Shown: in pieces, positions 29,362 through 64,000 of the stretch
How the letters are laid out: each line of letters begins with the position of its first letter
How positions within the stretch are numbered: position 1 is the first letter of the stretch
NCBI GenBank assembly: GCA_964016885.1
Contig: OZ024740.1
Location: 48,112,001 to 48,176,000, forward strand
Source: Eledone cirrhosa
Taxonomy: Eukaryota
DNA: 64,000 nt
Direction of reading: 5' to 3'
Translations under genes and position numbers: made by a program
The notes under the pieces: generated by a model
What the model was told of the DNA's origin: nothing
What the model saw: only the letters and a program-made list of their open reading frames with translations
Database searches by the model: none

Positions 29362-29454
29362 ATAGGAAAATGTTTAACCGCGACAGCAGAGCTCAAGCCG
29401 TTTCGACGGCTATTTCTGGACTAAAATAGCCGTCGGGGTTAAACATTTTCCTAT
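29362..29454 (-). mobile_element. Branched hairpin, probable Penelope-like remnant retaining the 3' half of a hammerhead
   Basis: Minus strand: 11-bp stem GACGGCTATTT/AAATAGCCGTC, then GAA, stem ACGGC/GCTGT with loop TTGAGCTCT, then C (GUC triplet), enclosed by 18-bp perfect inverted ends next to a TA run. Confidence 0.5.
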
Positions 29455-30234
29455 ATATATATATATAGTTGAAACTGACAGAGGTCCATTCCAGTATTGG
29501 TTTAATTTTTTTTTATTCTTTCACTGGTTTCAATAATTTGATTGTAACCGTGTTGGAGCACTTTTTTTCAAGAGTTTTAGTTGATCATATAAACCTCCAA
29601 TATTTATTTCTGTTTTATGCTTTATTTAATGATCTCTATTAACTGAAAGATTAAGTTATTGCCTCTTTTTATATAAAGGGATGCAACAATGCTAATACAC
29701 ACACATGCTTCTGCACAGTTTCTGTCTCCCAAATTTCACTCTCAAAGAATCAGTTGAAATGAAGCTCCTGTAGGTACCACACAGGATTGAACTTGGAACC
29801 ACTTGGCTGTGAATCAAATATTTTAACCACAGTTATGCCTACACCTGTATCTATCTTTAGCTTGAAATGTGTACAGCTTAGAAGAGAGGTACTCCATGTT
29901 GACTCACCTAGATTATTTAAATCTTTAATATTTCTTTGATACAAGGTTTAAAAATTCTGAATTTTTTAAAACTTTCACCCAAATTCTATCCACAGCTGTT
30001 TAAACAATTTGGTTTTAGATGATGCAAATATTTTCACTATATCCAGCTTGATTAAGCATATACATCATATATATATACATACATATTGAACTATATACAA
30101 AGCATCTACATCATAATACACATAAATATTAAACTATATACATCTTGATTAAGCATTGTTTACTGTGAAATGTTTTTTTTTAATTTATATTTCATATTAT
30201 GAAGTCTAATTACATTTTTCTCTCTTTAATAAAG

Positions 30235-56364
<26,130 letters not shown>

Positions 56365-56626
56365 TCATTTATGATTCATAACTAATTGAATGCACAACAC
56401 TGCTTCCTTTAAACTGCTCCTCTCACCCATACACACACATACACACACACAATTACCTCTTCTCTCTCTATCCCTTCTTATTGCACCTACCACTGTTGAG
56501 CACAGAATATCGCTAAACATCACTTTCAGTTCTAAGGTTTCTGTGACATATTTTCATATATTATATTATTTCTATCTTTTCTTCTGCAAATGTTATATTT
56601 GAGTAATAGAAAAAAAAAATTAGTCA

Positions 56627-56632
56627 AATAAA
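56627..56632 (+). promoter_or_regulatory. Candidate polyadenylation signal (AATAAA) of the RGS gene
   Basis: First AATAAA I saw after the stop codon, followed by GT-rich sequence; AATAAA is frequent by chance in this AT-rich DNA. Confidence 0.3.
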
Positions 56633-56982
56633 ACATGAAAATCATATATATATATAAATGTGTGTGTGTATGTATATATGTATGTATGTGTGTGTGACTA
56701 TACATACACATGCATATACACAGTCACATACAAATATGTATTCACATACACACAAATGTATATAGACATATGTATACATGTATTGCATATGTGTGTATTA
56801 TTAAAATGTATTTATTTAAAAAAGAAATTATCTAAATATAATTTTAATTATTTTATTTTTTATATTATCTAATTTTTTTACTTCGGAACTGAATTCTTTA
56901 TTTTGCCGGTTGTGATCCACTAGTTTTATTTTTCATTAAATTATTTTTTTTTAATGAATATATAAATATATATATATGTTAT

Positions 56983-57245
56983 ATTATAGAATATAATATA
57001 TACACATCTATATAGAATATAATATATACACATCTATATAGAATATAATATATACAAATCTATATAGAATAGAGTATATATAAATCTATATAGAATAGAG
57101 TATATATAAATCTATATGGAATAGAGTTTATATAAATCTATATGGAATAGAGTATATATATATATCTATATAGAGTATATACACAGCTATATAGAATAAA
57201 GTATATACAAATCTATATAGAATAGAATATATACATATCTATTTA
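56983..57245. repeat. AT-rich ~24-bp tandem repeat (TATATAGAATAGAGTATATA.AAATC) downstream of the RGS stop
   Basis: About ten diverged tandem units read directly. Confidence 0.85.
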
Positions 57246-59194
57246 ATATATATATATATATATATATAGTGGTAAATTATTCTATTTCATTTTTTTTTTT
57301 TATTAAGAAAAAGTCAACATGATATAAAAAGGAAGCATTAAAAAAAATATACAGAAAAAAAGCAAAGCCCATAGTGTGTTCTGTTGACTGAATGACTTTC
57401 CGAATTAACTGCATTTCCTTTGTGGAGTTTGTAGTGTGCAGTTGTTTCAAAATGATTACATATATTCCAGCATTTGTTTCATTTAAAATATTTAATTTTC
57501 TTTCTTTTTTTTTTCTTTTTGTTGACCTCCTGGTGAGGACTTCAATGGCACCGAAAAGAACAACTCACATCTGATTAAACAAGAGAGGATGTGGGTTTGT
57601 TGTTTATTTTTAATCCAAGGATACATGCACAAATTTATAACCACACACATATATACATACACATATACACACATATATACATACACATATACACACACTC
57701 ATACACAAACACTCACACACATGTATAGTCACATACAGAATATCCAGTTTAATTCACATACAACTAGCAGGTTGCTGCTAGATGGTATACAAAAATGGCA
57801 AGGCTTTATCTACATACACATACATACACATACATCATATATATAGAGAACTTTCTCATGCACCTGTATAAATACACACATGCATGTGGAAAGATACACA
57901 CATTCACAGCCCACATGTGAACAAAAACAACAAACAATACATACTAAAACATCCTTCTGTGTGTACAAAAATATTATGTAATTTATTCTGTTTATTTATT
58001 AAATTTAATCAGATAAAGGAAAATAAATCTTTCTTCTCGTTTTACTGTTGTTTTCTTTCATTTTTCTATTTACTCTATATTTTATCACACCACTTAATCT
58101 GAGTTCAAATCCCTCAAAGGTTATTAAAAAAGTTTTCTTTACCCTATTGACTTTCGTTTCTCCTGATATAGAAGAGTGTTTGAAACATTGGATTAAATGA
58201 CTTGCAATATTTTTCTGGCTTTTTGTACTCTGAGTCCAAATCCTGCCATGATCAACTTTCATCCTTTTGGGATCACTAAATACCAGACAGTAAATACCAG
58301 ACCAGGGTAATGAATTGGCAGAATCATTAAAGCCCAGGATAGGATGCCTTGCAACATGTATTCCAGTTGTGTGCATTCTGAGTTCAAATCCATCCTCCTA
58401 TAACCAGAAAATGTTGACACATTAGTTCTAGAGCCAATAACATTAAGACTTTTGATACCAAACCATCTGGAACCTCACCCAATTCTGTGATAAAACTGTT
58501 CATTTTAAAGATTATATCTAAATTAAAACCTTTCATCAAAATTTTATATAAGAACTTTTTTTGTTTTAAATGTCAACATAATGAAAAAGTCATTTTACTA
58601 AAACCATCCAAATTCTTCATTATTTTCAACATTAACTGAAACATATTTTATGCATTTCATGAAAAATAAAAGGGTTAACAAAACTAGAGAAACTTCTTAT
58701 GAGATGCAACACAGGTGTGAACTGTAACAGTAATTTCTACTTGGACAATAAAATAATACGTTGTATACTGTAATAAATTAAATTGACTATTCTCCTCCCT
58801 TACATATTTTATCTTTGTGAATTATAAGGTTGATAGGGGAAGTTTAAGAAACAAGTGTAGTAAGAGGGTTGTTGTGGTTTAGCTCCACTTGATCTGAGAT
58901 ATAGTGATCATTTCAGAACCTTCATAACTAAATGGTGAAGATACCATCTGAGATAAGATTAATAAAGTTTATGTTGAGTTGAAATTGTAACAGGTTAGTG
59001 GCTGAGCTGTATGTATGTTCCAAAAGTATTCAGTTCTGAAGTGGAAGCATTGAACAATATATTTAGCAAAGGACGTCTGGTTTGAGACTTTACAGAGGTG
59101 AGATGAGGAATTAAGTAAAGATGTAGTTTATATAATAAAAATATTCAGAAGAGCAGAAACCAATATAACAGGTGTTGTTGTTGTGTAGCTTTAA

Positions 59195-59415
59195 CCCTTT
59201 AGCATTTAAACCGGACATATCTGGCCAGAATTCTCTCACCACTTTCTGTTCAAACTGGCCATAACTGGCTGCTTATATTTATGTTGAGGTATTGTTCTCA
59301 AAATAAATAATATAAAAATCTCATAGATTTGATATTATGTGAGATAATTATGTAAGATAAAACCTTTACTGTGAAAATATAATAGTAAATATAGAGTAAT
59401 GTAAATGCTAAAGGG
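59195..59415. mobile_element. piggyBac-type MITE
   Basis: Perfect 14-bp TIR CCCTTTAGCATTTA, with TTAA duplicated at 59191-59194 and 59416-59419. Confidence 0.85.
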
Positions 59416-61171
59416 TTAAGTCAGCTCCAACTGTGCAGCTCCAAATGTTCCAGCTGTAAAAATAGAAATACTGAGAATAAATCACTCTTAGAAACCATTT
59501 GCGTGAAAAAACAATAGTTAAGTTAGTGTTGACATATTTCAAGCTTCAAGCGTATATTTCTCTGCTTTAATTGTTCATCAGCCATATATAATAGGACTAT
59601 TTTGTTTAACTAATCAATCTTAACATTAAGATATGCCTCAAGTTTTATTATTTTTATTTTGTCAGAAGAGGAAAAACAATGTTCATGATCTTTGCTAACC
59701 CTCTCAGGAGATCATCATAGTTAATCTTCCCCTTAAATAGATTTGACAACTGGAGGAAGAGAATTGTAGTGGGAGGAAAGACTGGGAACAATGTTATCTA
59801 TATATATATTTATTTTGTTTATTCTGATAGCTGTTAGTATAACCCTCCTTGTGAATGAACTAACACTGATGCCTTGATGCTATTTCTTGACCTTATGGTT
59901 TAGACAACTAAATCTCCTTTCAATGGAACCATAGGGTCTACATTTTACTGTTATAAGTGATAGTGATAATATATAATTATTTCCTTACATTTGTGAGTAG
60001 TCAGTGGAATCCAACTGGTATTTATACACGGATATATTCAGGCTAGTGTTGTCATCTTGCTTGATATAGTCACGTTTCAGCCATTGTACCCCCTGGCCTA
60101 GATGAGGTCACTAGACTGAATATATTTCTTATTTCCAGGTCAACCTTGTTCAAGCATAGCTATGATCAAAGGTGTACCAGCACCTAGGATCACATTATCT
60201 AATGTGTCCATATTTTCTAAGATGGTTTAATTTGAAGGAGGTATGGCTACTATTTATAGCTGGTCAAGTGACTATAGAGAAGCTCCCTAATTGACATGAT
60301 TTAAAGCTGATAGGAAGAAAAGCTGACAATTGTTGCTAATTAGGTTATGTAGATATATAGAGAGAGAGTGTGTGTTTGGTAGGAGTCCAATCAGTTTTCT
60401 TCTTGTCACCAATACTTTGTCTTCATAGCCAAGACAATGTGTTAGTGTGAGTATAGGTGACCAAAGGGTTTGTCAAGCAGTCAGCAATTCATATTCTGCC
60501 AGCAGCACTATCTTATGTTCGTCTATAAGATAAACTCTCGAATGATCCAGTCCTTATACATAGTTTCCTGAGGGTATAAACAAATTGATACTTTAAGTAA
60601 TGTTGTTAAATTGCTGACCAACCCTCATCAAGCAGACCTGTAACCAAAGTTATTCCAGCAATGATCACACCACCTTTTCCACAGGTACAGTTTACCTAGT
60701 GCTATATTATTCCATGTTTTTATTTTTGTTTAGATGATGATGAGATTTGGCTGCTATTCCTTGCAGATCAAGCAACCATGTAGAGGCTCCCTTGCTGGCA
60801 CATGTGATAGCAATGTAAAATTGGCAAGTGGTTCGGTAGTTTGCAGTGTTAACCTTTATGATACGAACCCATCCCTGGTTCTATGATATAAAAGTGTTTA
60901 TCTTAAAGTATTTTATCTATCTCAAAACCTTCCATCATAATTTTATGCTAAGTTATACAAAGTTTGTTAAGTTATAATTTTATTATTAAGTTATGCTCTA
61001 AATGCCAACTTAATAATGAGAAAATTAATTCAATCACTAAATCATAAGTGGTATCTTTCATTGGAAATATGGTAATGAAAGCGTTATGTTGACTTCTTAC
61101 TGACTCTAACTTAGACTAGAGTCTTTGTATCATTTTAGCCTGCCTTATTCCTGGATTCAGTCTCTAGTTTT

Positions 61172-62580
61172 ATAATAATAATAATGAAATTATGTGTACA
61201 GTGCTCAGGTGCACTACAACTCATCAAAGGTGCATGTATAGTACATAGAATAATATACAAATGTCAGGGAAGTGAATAGTGTATGAGTCATGATATACAT
61301 GTGTGCATGTGTATGGAGGAGGAATATTAGGTGTAGTGTTGGCGAATCTCGGGAAGCATGGAGGTTTTAAAGGATGCAGTGTTTCGACAGCTAATAACTG
61401 ATGCAGGGAGTTTGTTCCATGCTGCAGCAACTCTGAGCGTGAAAAAATGTTTCCGAAAGGCATGGGAACTGTGCTGTTTTCTGACTTTGTGGGCATGCCC
61501 ACGTGTGTTAGACACATGGAAATCAAAGAGGTACTCAGGGTTGTTGTTGGCAAGATGGTTAATAATTTTGTGGGTGTTTACCAAGTCAGTTGCCAGACGT
61601 CGGAGCTTCAATGTATCCATGCCCAGAGAAGCAAGGCATTCAGAGTATGGTAGATGCCTGATGGAGGGTATTCGCTTGGTTGCACGTCTCTGAACAGTTT
61701 CTAGGCGGTCAATGTTCTGAGCAAGATAGGGGTTCCAGACTGGTGATGCAAATTCTAAGTGTGGCCGCACCATAGCTATGTACAGCCTTAAATAGATAGC
61801 TGGAGAGCGACTGACAAAGGTCTTGCTGAGTGATGCTAAGACACCCTCAGAATTGAAAGCTTTAGTAAAGTCAAGGTAAACAACATCCACCCATGAGCTG
61901 CCATCAGTGATCCGAGTGATGTCTTCAAGAAACTCGATAAGTTGATCCCAGCAGCTGGAGTTAGGGATAAATCCAAATTGCGAGGGCCAGATAAGACTGA
62001 GAGTTCCAGAAATTCAAAAGTGTTTCTCTGACACAGGATTCCATCAGTTTGGCGATGCAACTAGTAAGACTGACTAGACGATAGTTCACAGGTGATGTGC
62101 GGTCACTTTTTTTTAACAGAGGAATGACACTGGCAGTTTTCCACTGTTCTGGAGTAGCACCATTGTTCAGACAGAATTAGATGAAGCATGATAGCTGGTG
62201 CAGAAGGACCACGTTTGAGAAGCAGGTACGTAACACCTTCAAGACCAGGAGAGGCATGGTTCCATTTATTTTTAAGGTGACGTCGCAGCATTGCAGGTGT
62301 AAATTCCATAGTTGTAATAGAATCCGGTGTCATAGGTGATGGAGATGTTACACTCTGGTCTTCAATAGTGAAAATGAGTGCATAGCATTCAGCAATGAGC
62401 TCTGCGCATTCTTTGGGGTCGTCAGTAACCTGGCTTGTGTGAGGATTGCGAAGAGGACCAACTGGAGAGTGAGGCCTCTGTTTTGAGTGAACATACTTCC
62501 AGAACACCTTACTGTCAGGGCTGGTTGCTATGCGCTGCTCAAATTGAAGCACTGCCTTTTTTGTTTGAGATGGTTGGATG
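61172..62580 (-). mobile_element. 5'-truncated, internally deleted CR1-clade LINE
   Basis: ORF pieces K.FWKYVHSK...GPL, NYRLVSLTS.IAKLME-like, DVVYLDFTKAF, RPHLEFASPVWNPY....IDRLE.VQRRATK, TRGH..K...RKHFFTLRV...WNKLP; (ATT)n tail at 61172-61185. Confidence 0.92.
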
Positions 62581-63456
62581 ATTTATTTCGCCGCCTCCTA
62601 TTGATATCTGATTTATGCAGGATAGCTGCTGTGCAACAACTAATTTTACTTGAACACCTGCCACAAGAAATAGCCAGTTTATCTAGTTGGTAATTTAACA
62701 TTACATATCCACAATTATCTTGCCTTGTCTTCTATTATAATTCAATTTATACCTAAGATGCATTGTAGGAATAAAAATCAATCCCATTCTTTGACTGGTA
62801 CTTTTTATATCGACATTGGAAAAATGAAAGACTAAGTAGGATTTTAACTCAAAACATAGAAAACCATACTAAACATCCCTAATCATTGATACTCTAACAA
62901 TTCTGTTGATTTTAACAGCATTTGATCTTGTCATTTATTTTCATGGCAAAAAAATACATTGTTATTGAATTTTGCATTAATAAGAAGGTTACAAAATTGT
63001 AAAAGGGGAATATTGTTGGACAATTTCAACCTGATAATTATTCTAAGAACCTCACAAAGGCAACTCTTTAAGAACTACTTATTAAAATACTATACTCTAC
63101 TATTTTTTCCTTTCCATCACCCTCTACTTTAACTTTTAACATCCTGCCTTGATCATCACCTAACTCCTCCATCTTTGATCTCTCACTATAGGGATATGTC
63201 CTGATTTTTTAGTCTGTCCCCTTCCCAAGAAGGCCAGCCCATCTGATCCTGCTTCATTCACTTCCAACACTTCAAAGGTGAATGGGATGGCCATTAACAA
63301 CAGCCTTTCTTAAAGCCAGATCTACCAGATATCTGCTCTCCTATGTGGTTTCTTATTCTTAAAAAAAACAATTGTAAAAACACTTGTTATACTGGATATG
63401 AAAAAAATATTTAACCATGTCTGACATGTAAATCTGGCAAAAAATTCCACTTAGGA

Positions 63457-63755
63457 CAGTGGTTCCCAAAATCTCAAAAATTGTTATGCCCACCTTTGAT
63501 ATGAAAACAACGATGATCAACTGCAAAGTGTAAACAAATTAGCATACAAGTGGTGCTAGATGCACAATAACATGTGTGGAGGAGATGAAATAGAAGTTTC
63601 TGACAGTAATGTGTACTAAAGTTGTCTTGATGTAAAAGTAATAAGGTAAAACCTGACGTTTGTTCTCATTAACATCATTTTCAAATCCCCCTCCCTATCA
63701 CTTAAATATTCAAATTGCTCTCTGTGGGGCATGCCCTCCACGTTGGGAATCCCTA
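63457..63755. mobile_element. hAT (Charlie-like) MITE
   Basis: TIRs CAGTGGTTCCCAA / TTGGGAATCCCTA with a perfect 8-bp TSD acttagga at 63449-63456 and 63756-63763. Confidence 0.85.
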
Positions 63756-63822
63756 ACTTAGGAGCTCTATTCATCTCTCATTTGGGGAACTGATTGCTTT
63801 CCATTAGATCCCACTATAACAG

Positions 63823-64000
63823 CAGGGCTAGATCAAGTCATTTTGAGACCCTAAGCACTTAAAAGATTATGGTATCCCCCAACCACACCCCATATATAGT
63901 TTTTGAAAAATGTTTTTTTTTTTAATGTCAAATACATTTAATTTGAATAAAATGGTGCCCCCTCTTCCCTTGATGTCGTAAGCATATGCTTATTTTGCTT
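63823..64000. mobile_element. Probable hAT-type MITE cut by the window edge
   Basis: Begins CAGGGCTAGATCAAG...GACCCTAAGCAC, similar in style to the 53483 element; the other end is not visible. Confidence 0.4.

Noticed and set aside
30199-30234. ATG at 30199 as the start codon of the RGS protein
   Set aside because: These 36 nt look like a polypyrimidine tract ending in AG, so they are more likely intron; not excluded without transcript data.

Overview
AT-rich, repeat-dense eukaryotic DNA. The SINE, LINE and microsatellite content suggests a coleoid cephalopod, probably Octopus (inference, no search run). One protein-coding gene is supported: a plus-strand, multi-exon regulator of G-protein signalling (R4 subfamily, RGS3-like). 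I traced five phase-compatible GT-AG exons (30235-30933, 51471-51595, 52925-53064, 54673-54836, 56191-56364) giving 433 aa and a stop; its true 5' end is unresolved. The rest is intronic or intergenic: tRNA-derived SINEs of at least two superfamilies, RTE, CR1 and CRE-like LINE relics, a non-autonomous Helitron, hAT/Tc1-mariner/piggyBac-type MITEs, Penelope-like foldback remnants with hammerhead-ribozyme motifs, a 5.2-kb (TA/TG) microsatellite and a 4.7-kb minisatellite with a 1.4-kb higher-order duplication. Almost all long ORFs in the supplied track are low-complexity artefacts. I found no clearly new multi-gene system. The best leads are the hammerhead-like foldbacks, the ATTAT target preference of a young SINE family, the CRE-like relic, divergent residues in the RGS box and an RFX X-box upstream of the gene.
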